Assembly: GCA_040285855.1 (NCBI GenBank)
Contig: JAUFOQ010000005.1
Coordinates: 1,178,001-1,242,000, forward strand
Reading direction: 5' to 3'
DNA length: 64,000 nucleotides
DNA from: Eukaryota sp. GEM-RC1
Lineage: Eukaryota
Shown here piece by piece: positions 50,851-62,651 of the stretch (positions are counted from its first letter, which is position 1; every line of letters begins with the position of its first letter). The notes under the pieces were generated by a model. That model ran no database searches. It was given only the letters and a program-made list of their open reading frames with translations, and was not told the origin of the DNA. The translations under genes were made by a program, and so were the position numbers.

Positions 50851-53800
50851 CTACAACTCAACATCAACATCAAGGTCGGAATCGGAGACAATTGTTTGAA
50901 AATCATTTTTGATTGAATCCACTGAATCACTATCTGATTCACTTTGTTCTGCATTTTCTTCCAATTCTGAATCACTGTCTTTCCGTGTATCCTGTTCAAT
51001 TGCTTCTAAATTACCATCCACAGCCACCACGTCCTCGCTACTTTCCGATGAAGAATCATCATTTTCAGAAACTTCATCTACACTACTACCACCACTACTA
51101 TCACTTCTAGGAAGAGCTTCAGACTCAGACGAAGACAATGCACCATGTTCAACCCCATGCCTAGTCCTGACATCTCTCAATGTCTGACGTTTATGTAAAG
51201 AAACAATAGCTTTTTTCAATGGCGATAAAGTCTCGTGGATGTAGTAAGTGGATAATTTCGAAATGATGATCTGACAAACATCAACAAACTCAACACACGT
51301 GTCGTGTTTCTCAATCGCTTTCTGGAACACAAGTAAAGCCTTCGTATTCCCTATTGACTTTGCAATACTTTCCTTAGAAATCAACTGACTAAAGATACGG
51401 CAAATGAACAAATTAACAGATTCAAACTCACTTACGTTAAGTAGTCGTAGAAGGTATGGAACTAGAGTGTTAACGTGAATCAAACTAGAGGGGAAAATAG
51501 ATAATTGTGCAATGAAGCGAACTAGACAAAAGAAGAAGTGGATAATAGTAGGGGAAGTGCTTGAATTCAGAGAATTACTTGAGAGATATCGTTTAAAGAC
51601 CCCGCGCAAGACAGAAACAATTCGATTAACAAGAAGATGTTCTACGTGACCGTCATTAGTAGAGATCAAAAGTCCAAAATCACACGTCAGCGAAATCAAG
51701 AATGGTCTCGACTTGAAAGAATTCATGAATAATACAAGAGATGAAGCAGTCAAATCATAAGGAAGCACGTCAACAATGTCCTTATACATGGACAAACGTT
51801 CTAAGACCAATAGAACCAAGCTGATTGTAGGTCGATCATTATTAAAAAATTCAATGTTACTTAAAATTGTCGAGAAATTTGTTGATGACGTTTCTGCAGC
51901 GAATCCTAACTGCTTACGGGCCATTGATTGCAGAACGTATAGGGGAGGATACTTTCCCTTTTCGATCAATTGATCACGTAACCTATTGACTTCTTGAGAA
52001 ATCTGAGCCCCATAGACGAGCTCATCAGCTAACATTTCTTGGGGCATTTCGGGAAGGAGCGTAATCAAATAGATTGCGGCTGTCATTGAGGCAACCAACG
52101 TGTAAAGAATAGGATGAATTGCCGTTTTTGACTGGCTCAGTGCGACATCATCCTCATCATCTTCTTCTTGATTCTTTTGGAAACCAATGAGCTCCATTAA
52201 TGTTGATTGAAGGGACAAAAGCTGATGGAACATTTCCTTAGTAATTGAAGCCTGGTTTTCTGATGAAACCGATGTTAAACAACAGAAAACACAGGCAGAA
52301 ATGAGAGAAGAAATGAAATCTCCATCAATATTTGAAAATAGAGAAGACGTGAATTGTTCACTGGCTTGAGAGAACAAATCTAAAACCAAATCAATGGAAT
52401 AATTTTCGAGAATGGCATAATAATCGACAAACTTTGAATCTATACGAGTGGGCAACAACAAAGTACCCAAAACCTGACGTCCCAAAATTTTAAAAATTTC
52501 AAGTTTTTCCAGATCATTTCTATTGAGAACGTCGTCAACGTCATCAATAACAGTTAAGCTCTTCATATGAGCTTCTACTGCCTTTAGAACATCATCATCT
52601 TTCCGGGCAGATTCCAGCAACTTCTGTTTAAACTGTTTACGTTGAAAAGCCCTGTACTTTGCTGTTTTTGAAGAAGCCGACACCTTAATCATCTCCTCGC
52701 GTTCCTTTTCAATTTTAATTTTTTGCAATAATTTGGCTCTTCGTTCAGCTTTCTCTGCCAACACCTTCGTTCGATGCTCTTCTAAAGTGACTGACCACAG
52801 ACAAGGAACAGAATCAACGGAATAATATGAGAGAATAGCTTGAACAAGGGAAAAGATCCTGGTTCGAATCATTTTAAGAAGGAGTTCACTGTCGAGAGAG
52901 ATGTGTATGATGGTAGTGAAAAGAGGAATACAAATCGAAGGGGAAATGGGCTGTCCAAGTTCAGTTCTATAAGCCAATATATTACAAATAGTGTCCATAA
53001 TCGCATCAAAGAGAGACTTGAAAGCCTCATTAAATCCAGTTCTAGTTGAAGTAATGAAAGAAAACACCGCCAGTGAATGGTAAAGGAGCTGTGAATGTCC
53101 CACCCACTCATTGATAGCCTTTAGCAACGACTCGCTACACAATAGAAGAACGTCGTCGATAGTGTATAGGAAATCTGTGGGTTGGATGTCAATTAGGAGG
53201 TGTAGACAGGAAGCAGCGAGTTCAATGACGTTTACGTTGTCTGGACGATTGATCATGATGTGATTGAGTGTCTGGAAGTAGATAGGAGTGATGACGTTAA
53301 TGACGTCATCATGATCTGCTTTTTCACACCAAACTTCTAATATTCCTAAGAATGCTCTCGACAACGTCAATGATTGAGGAAACTTCGTCATTAGATTGAT
53401 GAATGAGCTCATGATGTCATGGTGATCAAGCAAAAGCCTCAACGTAGAATCATCTGACCTAGCCACGAGTGAAAGAGCGAGAGCACAAGAAGCAGCAGCA
53501 TCGACAATAGAGAAACAGAAATCTCCATTAAGTACAACTTTAATCAACTCTGGAATTCGATTGTCAACAGTTATAAACTCTCTAGTGAACTCATTAGTAC
53601 ACAGCTTAGTAACTGAAGTAATACCGAGCTTAACCCCAATTGAATGTGGAGAGGAATAGTGTAAGTGAAACCAAAGGGAATTGATTAGGGCATTGATATG
53701 AACACCTTTCCAAGGGTAGTTTGACTTGAGAATTGAAATACAGAAATAAACACAATAATGGGAACCATTTACAAGAGGAAGAGACTCGGAAAAGTCACGA

Positions 53801-55314
53801 ATTAGGAATTGGTTGATTAGATTGGTGATTTTGGCGCCCAAAACCTTCATGACGTCATCTAATTGTGATTGATTGAAAGAGATCAGTGATTTGATTGAGT
53901 GACATATGGCGACCACAGTAGATGGTGATTGTTTTGTTAATTCTAGTACTAACCTAATTAAAGAGCCCAGATTACCAGGGACTGTCAGAGTAAAAACACC
54001 AGACAAAATATTTAAAATTTTCTCCGACTCCGACGATTTCGAAACTGAAACGAAAGAAGCAACTGCCCTTAACATCTGACTGATTGATTGAAGCATTGGA
54101 TTATATTCAACTGCATCAGGACTCGTAATGTTGGCATATCTAAGTCTAACTTTCAGCGTGTGAACCAACAACTTCATACCCTTGTGATTTAGGAATTCTT
54201 GAAGGATTGATCCCCACTCATTAGAGGTCGAAATCAAATGGCAAGTCTCAATGAGGACAGAGTCGTTGAGGTAGTGATAGTCCAAAGTTACTAAAAGGAA
54301 TGTTGACAAGACAGATGCAGCTACTTTTGAGCACTGTACTAGCGAGGAAAAAATACGACAACAAATAATGCAAAATTTAAAATTTTCGAGAAACTGAGTT
54401 TGGTGCAAAGTGTACACCTCGACAAATTGTTGTGCACTTGAATCTAATAACGTGGTCAGAGATCGGTAAGTCACGTCTTCAGCTCCAGAACTGGCAGGTT
54501 CCGAATCAAAATTATCTGATAGGGAAAGTACAATACCTATCACGTTTGATAAGGTGACTAGAGCAGCTAGAAGTAAATCTGAATCAGTAGGAAATTTTGA
54601 AAATATTTCAAATACAAAGTCTTTGATACCAACCAATTGGTCGAGACTAAACCCATCATTCACAGGCAGAATCAAGCTCAGAACTGATAAGGCAACTAAC
54701 GTCATTGATTGAGGATATTCTCGGCAAGTACAGCACGTGATGAGATTTGGCAAGAAGTCATTGGCTAAATTGACAGAGGATGACGGATACAGACGTTGTA
54801 TAGCGATTAAACACGGGGCGACAATCCCAATACTGGAAATAAATCTGGACAAGAGTTCAAAGAGTCTAACCACAATTGAAAGCAAAAGAGAAGGATTGAC
54901 TTGCTTGATAAGATCCGCAGATTCAGATACAGTAACGAAGATTAGTACTATCATCTTAATTAAGCTGTGATAATCCTCAAAGTCATGAGTCAAAGAAAGA
55001 AAGTTCTGGAGATGAGGAGAAAGGAGATCTAGTTCTAGGGTAGAGTCGTCGACCATGGAGAGCTTAGTGAACTCAAGGAAGGCAGAGTCCCAGCGTTGTT
55101 TCAGTTGGTGAAGAAGTTCAAGATGTTGCTTTTCTATCTGGATGAGAGAGCTTCCTTTGGTTCGTTTTAATGAACGAAGAGCTTCAAATTCCATCTTGAT
55201 CTCAGATTGTATTGTCTCTAGAGAATTGATACTATCGGTATTCATGATGTACTGGGTACTACTCTGTTCTTCTGGAGGAGATGTCTCGACGGTGGGTGAC
55301 GTCGAATGTGACAT
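50851..55314 (-). CDS. Large ARM/HEAT-like helical protein with acidic Ser/Asp tail
   Basis: ~1490-aa uninterrupted ORF with Leu-rich amphipathic helices; likely ATG at 55314. Confidence 0.7.
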   Translation of the reverse strand: MSHSTSPTVETSPPEEQSSTQYIMNTDSINSLETIQSEIKMEFEALRSLKRTKGSSLIQIEKQHLELLHQLKQRWDSAFLEFTKLSMVDDSTLELDLLSPHLQNFLSLTHDFEDYHSLIKMIVLIFVTVSESADLIKQVNPSLLLSIVVRLFELLSRFISSIGIVAPCLIAIQRLYPSSSVNLANDFLPNLITCCTCREYPQSMTLVALSVLSLILPVNDGFSLDQLVGIKDFVFEIFSKFPTDSDLLLAALVTLSNVIGIVLSLSDNFDSEPASSGAEDVTYRSLTTLLDSSAQQFVEVYTLHQTQFLENFKFCIICCRIFSSLVQCSKVAASVLSTFLLVTLDYHYLNDSVLIETCHLISTSNEWGSILQEFLNHKGMKLLVHTLKVRLRYANITSPDAVEYNPMLQSISQMLRAVASFVSVSKSSESEKILNILSGVFTLTVPGNLGSLIRLVLELTKQSPSTVVAICHSIKSLISFNQSQLDDVMKVLGAKITNLINQFLIRDFSESLPLVNGSHYCVYFCISILKSNYPWKGVHINALINSLWFHLHYSSPHSIGVKLGITSVTKLCTNEFTREFITVDNRIPELIKVVLNGDFCFSIVDAAASCALALSLVARSDDSTLRLLLDHHDIMSSFINLMTKFPQSLTLSRAFLGILEVWCEKADHDDVINVITPIYFQTLNHIMINRPDNVNVIELAASCLHLLIDIQPTDFLYTIDDVLLLCSESLLKAINEWVGHSQLLYHSLAVFSFITSTRTGFNEAFKSLFDAIMDTICNILAYRTELGQPISPSICIPLFTTIIHISLDSELLLKMIRTRIFSLVQAILSYYSVDSVPCLWSVTLEEHRTKVLAEKAERRAKLLQKIKIEKEREEMIKVSASSKTAKYRAFQRKQFKQKLLESARKDDDVLKAVEAHMKSLTVIDDVDDVLNRNDLEKLEIFKILGRQVLGTLLLPTRIDSKFVDYYAILENYSIDLVLDLFSQASEQFTSSLFSNIDGDFISSLISACVFCCLTSVSSENQASITKEMFHQLLSLQSTLMELIGFQKNQEEDDEDDVALSQSKTAIHPILYTLVASMTAAIYLITLLPEMPQEMLADELVYGAQISQEVNRLRDQLIEKGKYPPLYVLQSMARKQLGFAAETSSTNFSTILSNIEFFNNDRPTISLVLLVLERLSMYKDIVDVLPYDLTASSLVLFMNSFKSRPFLISLTCDFGLLISTNDGHVEHLLVNRIVSVLRGVFKRYLSSNSLNSSTSPTIIHFFFCLVRFIAQLSIFPSSLIHVNTLVPYLLRLLNVSEFESVNLFICRIFSQLISKESIAKSIGNTKALLVFQKAIEKHDTCVEFVDVCQIIISKLSTYYIHETLSPLKKAIVSLHKRQTLRDVRTRHGVEHGALSSSESEALPRSDSSGGSSVDEVSENDDSSSESSEDVVAVDGNLEAIEQDTRKDSDSELEENAEQSESDSDSVDSIKNDFQTIVSDSDLDVDVEL

Positions 55315-55366
55315 TGGTTTGATTGTCTTCCAACAAGAAGAGGAGGATTTCACTTGTCGTAAATTC

Positions 55367-55859
55367 TAGGGTTGTTAAAAGGTCACAGGTCAGGTCAATT
55401 CATTTGATGACCTTGACCTGACCCGTGACCTGTTACTGTGGACCTTGACCTGACCTTTGACCCGATTTATGTGATCTTGACCTGACCTTTGACCTGAATC
55501 AGTTGACCTTGACCTGACCTTTGACCTGAAATCTACAATTTACTTTATTCTTTAACTATCGAAAATCCGTATAAACAAAGTCAAATCTAATGATTTCTTG
55601 AATATTAGTGTATACTAAGAGTAAATGGCGTAAGTTAATGTAATTTTGATCATTTAAAACAAGAAACTAAGACATAAACTGCCAAATGTTTGACCTTGAC
55701 CTGACCTTTGACCTGAATGGTAAGACCTTGACCTGACCTTTGACCTGATGTTCGTTAGCTTGACCTGACCTTTGACCTGAATGGAAAGACCTTGACCTGA
55801 CCTTTGACCTGACCTGACCTGTGATTTTCAGGTCTTGACCTGAACTTTTAACAACCCTA
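55367..55859. mobile_element. hAT-type MITE with TGACC(T) subterminal arrays
   Basis: Perfect TIR TAGGGTTGTTAAAAG / CTTTTAACAACCCTA. Perfect TSD GTAAATTC (55359-55366, 55860-55867). Confidence 0.93.
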
Positions 55860-56856
55860 GTAAATTCCTTCATTACTTTTGAACTCACTGCTGAGATCTG
55901 GTCTTGTAGATATGTATGAACGACTTGAGCAATGTCTTTAATTGATCCAATGGTCTTCCAATCCACAATGGCAAAATTTCCCCAGATTTGTGTCATATAT
56001 AATTGGGAAAACTCCAAAATTCCTGAGTTTCCTGAGTAGATTACAAAAAACATTACGTACGTATTTCCCATATTCGCTTTCGAACAACACTGACGGATGA
56101 CTTTATCAGAAATCGAAAGCTGAGACGATGGAAGATATTTGTGTATCGGATTCGGTTTTAGGTTTGAGTAGAAACAGTTGTAGACTAGTTAAAAAGCGGC
56201 TTTTATTTATGATTACAAATAAAGAATATCATCATTATTAACAAATGAGACTATTTTGTTTATGATTTGAAAACTCTAATATTGTCTCGTTGATTTAGGT
56301 ACTTACAAAATAGAGAAAACTCACTTTGAAGAAACATTGTATCATACAAATTCGAAGTTAGAGATTGTCTATTCCAAAATCAAAAAATGATGAGACCAGA
56401 TACGAGTTTTTAATAAAATGTATCAAGTTATCCATGCTCAAACATACTAAACAGAACCTAGATTACAGCTGTGTTTGAATAAGTTCATAGATGTGATGAC
56501 GAGTGTACCATTAAATCATACGAAAATTGTCCAAATTGTTGGCTTAACTCTTTTCGAAACGACCAAAATAGAAACATTAGAAGAACAGAAAGTATGTATG
56601 GCAGTAGTTCAATTGGATTGCATCTGAGGAAGGAGTAAGAAATGAAAAGTGAAGAGGTCTGACTGCTGATGGAGAAACACAAACAGTTAGTTGCCGTAAG
56701 GATACATCTTGATCATAAGACCACACTTAAGACGAGTTGTGAATTTTGTAGGACATAACGGACAAAAGGTAGGGATATCAGTGATATGAACAGCAGATTT
56801 CAGTAAGTGAACAAAAGAGCGCTGTCTTCCTTTTTTATTTCCCAAGACTATTCCTT

Positions 56857-57687
56857 ATGGGTAAAGTTATTCGAGGGTTAGTCTCTCTTTTCCATTGTTC
56901 TCATCTTAGTCAACGTAAAGGTGCCGGTAGTATCTATCGTGCTCATACTTCTAAACGTCAAGGTCCTGCCAAACTTCGTGCTCTTGATTTTGCTGAAAGA
57001 AAAGGTTATCTTCGAGGTGTAGTTCGTGAAATCGTCCATGACTCTGGTCGTGGTGCCCCCCTAGCTCGCGTTGAATTTCGTCATCCAATGAAGTTCCGTA
57101 AGTGTCAAGAACTCTTCATCGCCAGTGAAGGCATGCATACCGGTCAATTTGTTTTCTGTGGAGCCAAGGCCGAATTGTCTGTTGGAAACGTTCTACCTGT
57201 TGGAAAAATGCCCGAAGGTACCGTTGTCTGTAATGTTGAAGCCAAAATGGGAGATCGAGGAACCTTTGCCCGTTCTTCTGGAGACTACGCTGTCGTTGTT
57301 TCCCACAACCCTGATGAAAACAGAACCCGCATCAGACTCCCATCAGGAGCCAAGAAAAGTATACCATCTAATGCTAGAGGTATGGTAGGTATTGTCGCTG
57401 GAGGTGGACGTACCGATAAGCCTATGTTAAAGGCTGGACGTGCTTATCACAAGTATAAGGCTAAGCGTAAGTGCTGGCCCGTTGTTCGTGGTATTGCTAT
57501 GAATCCCGTAGAGCATCCCCATGGTGGTGGTAATCGTAAGTGCATATTTGTATAACTAATCTTAGATCAACATATTGGTCATCCCTCAACTGTCTCAGAC
57601 ACACTCCCCCCTGGTCGTAAAGTTGGTCTCATTGCTGCTAGACGTACTGGTTTAATTGCTGGTGGTAAAAACAAAAGGGAAGATTAA
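56857..57687 (+). CDS. RPL8: 60S ribosomal protein L8 (uL2)
   Basis: [47 protein letters not shown]. Introns 56877-56909 (33 nt, in frame) and 57536-57565 (30 nt). Confidence 0.96.
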
Positions 57688-58836
57688 TTATCTTAGGAAC
57701 TGGTGTCATTATCTACAATTTTTATACAGTGATCATCCAATATTACATCGTGTCAATCAAAGGCTGGAAGCAATGTATTGGAATAGTATTTATTCCAATA
57801 AATACTGGTCAATATATTTTCTTCATTCCATATGTAGCATCGTTTTTGTATTCCAATAACAATAATGAATCGAAGGTTGAAAAACTGAATCTCAACTCTA
57901 CGGATTTTGATTGTTAAGACGTGCAAATGAAATCATGTAGTCTTGCTGAGGTACATGTAGTGATTTCATCAACAAACTCACCAAATCAGTCGAAGTTGCT
58001 GTCTGAATAGGCTCCACATACCGATAATTCGATTTCACATAACTCTTTCTTCATTGACTTTGTTGTCGGAAACACACTAGAAAACAATTTGTCATGTGTG
58101 TTTGTACTATATTTTTACTATGTTGATCTGTGATTAATATGTGGTTACTATTGAATTCTCTCTTTAATCCTTCAAAAGTAATCTAAATCTATTAGATAGT
58201 GGTAGTAAAGTGGCTTTTATTGTATTGTGCGTCTCGGTTTAAATCTATGAGTCTTTCTCTTTAGTGTTATTTCAGTCTCGAAAGAATATGTACCAAGTAG
58301 TTTTACAAAATACATAGTTTAAGTTCCAGAGAAAATAAGCCTGTTCGAAATTCCTGAGTTGTTTGGCAAGGAAATACAAAGTTATTGTGATAGAGTAAAA
58401 TGTTCTTCAAGTCGAGCTGTATTCGGAGGGAAAACGATTCCTTCCAAAGGTTTGAAAAAGCTCGTAGACACGTAGAGTAGTGTCTTTAGTAGTGCGGTGT
58501 TTTCGAAAAGGATGAATTGAGTCTTCTCATTCTGGTACATTTTTGATGTTCATTATTTAAGTATTTTTAATGTTGTCCTAATGTACGGATAACCAATACA
58601 CTCCCCTTACTGTAATGTACTTAATATAGGGCAGAATTGATACGCCACGCTATTTGGTATACAACACTGCCTACAGTGTCTCAATTAGAAAATTCTAATA
58701 GTTTTTTATTGATTTAGTGTCTGGACGAAGATCAAGAAGTGAGAACGATATAGGGGCCACTTTTAGTTCTGTACTTAGAAAATTTTTCTTGGTTCAACGC
58801 TAAATCCTTAGCCAGTCTAACTCTATCTATTATCTG

Positions 58837-60657
58837 ATGTCCACTTGGGAACCAATTATAACAAATCTGTCTCAGGATGCTCGTTTCTCCGAAGACAACA
58901 TAACGGATGATTTCCTACAGTATCTTGCACAAGAACTACAATCCACAATGAGACAACTTTTTGGTCCTGATGGGCCTTACTACCATGCTATTCCCGTTTT
59001 TCCATACTTTGTTTTTTCTCCGTGTCCAGCGTTTCAACTCATTGTTGAAACTCTTCTAGTCTTTAGAACTGAACATAATTGGTTCTTTATTGAATTAACA
59101 CCGTCTCCTGACAAAAATCCAGAACTTCTAGAGCTATACCAAGCTATGCATGCCGCTCTTACCACACGTAATCTCATACCCACTCCCGTTCTATTTTTCT
59201 CTCCTCTCCTAGGTGACTACATAGAAGCAGCTCGCTCTGCAGCACGACAATTACATTGGCAAATCACAGACATTGAAGAGAAGACAACCCACGTCATCTT
59301 TCCCCCTCCTCTCAATGTACCCTCTCTTAGAACAGACTCTGGCTCTCTCTCTGTTCCAGGCTTTCCTTCTCCTACCGTAGGAGTCACTCTAGACTGGCTA
59401 CTTGATTCGGCTCGACTGAATGAGTGGCAGAATGAAGCTGATTATCCAGCAAATGCTGCCCCTAAAGTTGCTCCACCTCCTCCACCTCCAAAGAAAGAGG
59501 AAATTCCTTCAGAAGATGTTCAAGAAGCTGGGACTGTGAGAAGAGCAACAGTTGAAGAAGCACCGCAAATCAAACTGGAAAAGTTACAGGAAGAAGTTGA
59601 GGAAGAGGATCGTCAACGTGATTTAGTTTTACCAGTGTTACCTGAGCAAAGTGTTTGGTTTTCAATTGAGTCAGTTAATGAGATTGAACAAGAAGCTTTT
59701 CCAGAGTTTTTTGATGAAAAGAAGAAGTCCAAATCTGCTGAAATGTACGTGTATTACCGTAATTTCATGGTAGCTGCATGGAGGGAAAGGCCGGCAGAGT
59801 ATATGACGTTTACATCGATTAGAAGGTGTTTGGCGGGAGATATCGGTTGTTTACAGCGAATTTTTAATTTTTTGGAATATTGGAATATTATTAATTATAA
59901 GGTTGTATATCCGACATTTAGACGACCGGAAGCTAGGCCTGCTGTACGTGAACACGAGCTCTTAGGGAAGTCGTTAGAAGTCAACGAATCATTATCAAAG
60001 GATTTCCCTTTTGATGTTAAGAAAGAATATCTCGACACAATTCCAAATCATTATTTAAAAATTGAAACTCAGTGGTCACGTGAAGAAATGGCACTTCTGA
60101 TGCAGGGAATTAAGGATTATCCGGATGATTGGGAGAAGGTATCAGAAATGACTGGCAAGACAGCTTCTGAGTGTGTCGAGAAGTTTTTAACCCTTCAGAT
60201 TGAAGACCCTTTTGTTGGTCGTGAGTTCAAGGGTCAGATTTCACGTGATTTCTCTGACAGTCGGGATCCGGATCTGATTAGGCTCAGCAAGGAGTTAATC
60301 AAGCGGATTCCTAATGACCTCTCCAAGCGGATTGGCGAGGCTGTATTTAATATTTGTGAAGAATTTAATAGTGGCGATTTGAAAGTTAATAATGCTGATG
60401 CTGAGTTTATAGCAGGAATATCTGTTAACTCGTGGTTCAAGTTGAAGCAAGAAGAGGATGAGCTACGGAATTCAATAATGAAAGCTTTAGAACTTCAAAT
60501 GAAGTCATATGAAGCTAAACAAAAGATTGTGGAACATTCTTTATTGGTTTTAGACCAGGAAAGAGCAGATTTGGACAGGCAGAAACGCATTTTTCTACAT
60601 GAACGTGCGGAATTTAAAAAGCAAGTATTATCAAAAACTCACAATACAGAAACTTGA
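58837..60657 (+). CDS. SWI/SNF subunit Swi3/SMARCC/Rsc8
   Basis: SWIRM (WF..ESVNEIE..PEFF..YRNFM..RRCLAGD..RIFNFLEYW.IINY), SANT (WS.EE..LL..DDWEKV..KT..ECV..FL.L.IEDPF) and a leucine zipper. Confidence 0.9.
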   Translation: MSTWEPIITNLSQDARFSEDNITDDFLQYLAQELQSTMRQLFGPDGPYYHAIPVFPYFVFSPCPAFQLIVETLLVFRTEHNWFFIELTPSPDKNPELLELYQAMHAALTTRNLIPTPVLFFSPLLGDYIEAARSAARQLHWQITDIEEKTTHVIFPPPLNVPSLRTDSGSLSVPGFPSPTVGVTLDWLLDSARLNEWQNEADYPANAAPKVAPPPPPPKKEEIPSEDVQEAGTVRRATVEEAPQIKLEKLQEEVEEEDRQRDLVLPVLPEQSVWFSIESVNEIEQEAFPEFFDEKKKSKSAEMYVYYRNFMVAAWRERPAEYMTFTSIRRCLAGDIGCLQRIFNFLEYWNIINYKVVYPTFRRPEARPAVREHELLGKSLEVNESLSKDFPFDVKKEYLDTIPNHYLKIETQWSREEMALLMQGIKDYPDDWEKVSEMTGKTASECVEKFLTLQIEDPFVGREFKGQISRDFSDSRDPDLIRLSKELIKRIPNDLSKRIGEAVFNICEEFNSGDLKVNNADAEFIAGISVNSWFKLKQEEDELRNSIMKALELQMKSYEAKQKIVEHSLLVLDQERADLDRQKRIFLHERAEFKKQVLSKTHNTET

Positions 60658-61057
60658 ATAATTTCACCCAAAAGAAAAATGCTTAAATAAAACGTTTTCC
60701 ATTTTCTATTTGAAGTTTACTTACTATCAATTGAACCACATAAGACAACTTGTTCGTTGTGAAATAACTATTCAAAAACATTTATTACAACACCCAAAAA
60801 CTTGGGGGTGTCATTTTAACGTTTTGGTGTATATACAGTAAATTCATTTGATTAGTTTTGGTAACAATGGTTGTATTTGTTTTGAAAGACGAAAACAGCT
60901 TCAGAAGCTTTTACACAGAAGAACCACACTGTATGTAAATTAAACAAACACTCAAACAGTTCTGTACAATAACGATTGCTAGTAAACGTACTTTCAAAAC
61001 GATTCTCTAGATGAATAAGCAAAATCCATACTTGAAATCTTGGGGAAGTCTGTAAAG

Positions 61058-61530
61058 CTTACCTGGGCATGATATCATGACGGCATTGTGTTTTTTTGCG
61101 AAGTTTTATGACATATCATTTAATGATCATTAATTGCTGCGAATACACCTGAAACAAATGAATCCTTTGTCGCCCGACCCTGTCCAAACAACCTCTCTTC
61201 CATAATACAGTTCTAATCTGACATTATCTGATAGTCCTAGTTTATATGCAAAATGTTTAGTTTAAATGACATACATAATGTTGACGATGTAATTATATCA
61301 CAACAAATGAGCCACAAACTCGTGCTGGTGCAACAAGATCATTCAGTGAGGTCCTTATCAGTATAGGAACTGAAAAATTGTGGAAATGAAGAATTAACAG
61401 AATATTCATACATGTAGACTACTAGTAATGTTGAATAACTATCAATTAATATTGGAAATTGTCATATTGTCATGTTATGGAGTGTCATGACGTCATGACA
61501 GAATTCAATTTGTTGTCATGCCCAGGTATG
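61058..61530. mobile_element. hAT-type MITE with TCATGA-rich ends
   Basis: TIR CTTACCTGGGCATGA / TCATGCCCAGGTATG. TSD CTGTAAAG (61050-61057) / CTGTAAAA (61531-61538). Confidence 0.8.
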
Positions 61531-61799
61531 CTGTAAAACAATCAGCCAATAGAATGTTCGATTGTTGAAATACTAGTCGATGCTGTATGTAGAAATTCCA
61601 TTTGAATATTCTTTCTTCTTTTTATAAACCTTTCAGGATCTAATTATTACCTAAGAGTTCCAGTAAAAGAAAAAATCCCATCATGATCTCAGATTGTTAA
61701 AAAATCGAGATGTGGTCACCTCTGTTATTTGTTTTTAGATATAAAATGTGCTTTGGATGTGTTATAAAAACGCCTTTTATTTACTCTTACAAATACAAA

Positions 61800-62530
61800 C
61801 TATCATCAATATTAACAAATTAGATACAAATACCTCTAATTCATCTCAAATTCCGGTCTCAATGTAAAGAGACGGTTAAAAATCGCATCAAAATATCTAA
61901 AAAATAGTGCTTTGAAAAGGGAAAACGACAACCTTCCTCTTCTGTAATTTTTTTTTCATTAAAATTCTTTCCATACTGCTTACAGAATTTGCCAAAATCT
62001 GTGAGAAATTGCTGACCGAAGCAATCAAACGTTCCATAAAGAGAAATAGCAAAAGGATTGTGTCGACGAGAATTCATCTTTCAAATTAATTCGCCATAAC
62101 GATTTAATTATTTCCTTTCAGCAGTTTCAAGCAGTGAACGCTGACACGTTCAAAAATCGAATCTAACACGTGTTAACACGTGTTAACACGCGTGTTACGT
62201 GTTTGCGTTACCAGAATTTCTTCTTTTTAACGATAAATAGCTCGTTTCTTCTACACATTTATCCCTACGATACTCTACATCCCTGTAGAAGACTTCTCAA
62301 ATGGCGACTTTCATTCTTTTTGCAGCAAAATGCATTTTCACATCATTAAGACCGAAAAAAGTAACCGTAATTTGCGTGTTAGAAATCAGCCAAAAGTCCT
62401 AACACGTGTTAACACGCGTGTTACGTGTCAGGACGTGTTACGTGTCAGCGTTCACTGATTTCAAGAGCTGAATAGTTTTCGTCTAAAATTTTGTTAACAG
62501 ACATTGAGTTACAAATCTACTAGTATGTTA
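61800..62530 (-). mobile_element. RLE-type non-LTR retrotransposon 3' fragment interrupted by a MITE
   Basis: CNSMSVNKILDENYSALE|TAERK..RY..MNSRRHNPFAISLYG; reading resumes across the MITE. Confidence 0.7.
62132..62457. mobile_element. hAT-type MITE with AACACG/CGTGTT repeats
   Basis: Perfect 18-bp TIR CAGTGAACGCTGACACGT. TSD GTTTCAAG (62124-62131) / ATTTCAAG (62458-62465). Confidence 0.9.
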
Positions 62531-62651
62531 CTGTCTCTATAAAGGTGCATGTACTTACCAACACTGAATTGTAGTGCAAACCCTTGACAGGTCTACAGAA
62601 ATCACACGTAATAGAAGATTTATTGATAATTCCACTTTATAAGAATATACA

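Noticed and set aside
52861..52872. GGTTCGAATC tRNA T-loop motif
   Set aside because: It lies inside a long CDS with no cloverleaf around it; no tRNA or rRNA was recognised in the window.
55385..55845. TGACCT arrays as CRISPR-like or telomeric repeats
   Set aside because: Irregular short motifs bounded by TIRs and an 8-bp TSD; these are MITE subterminal repeats, with no spacers or cas genes.
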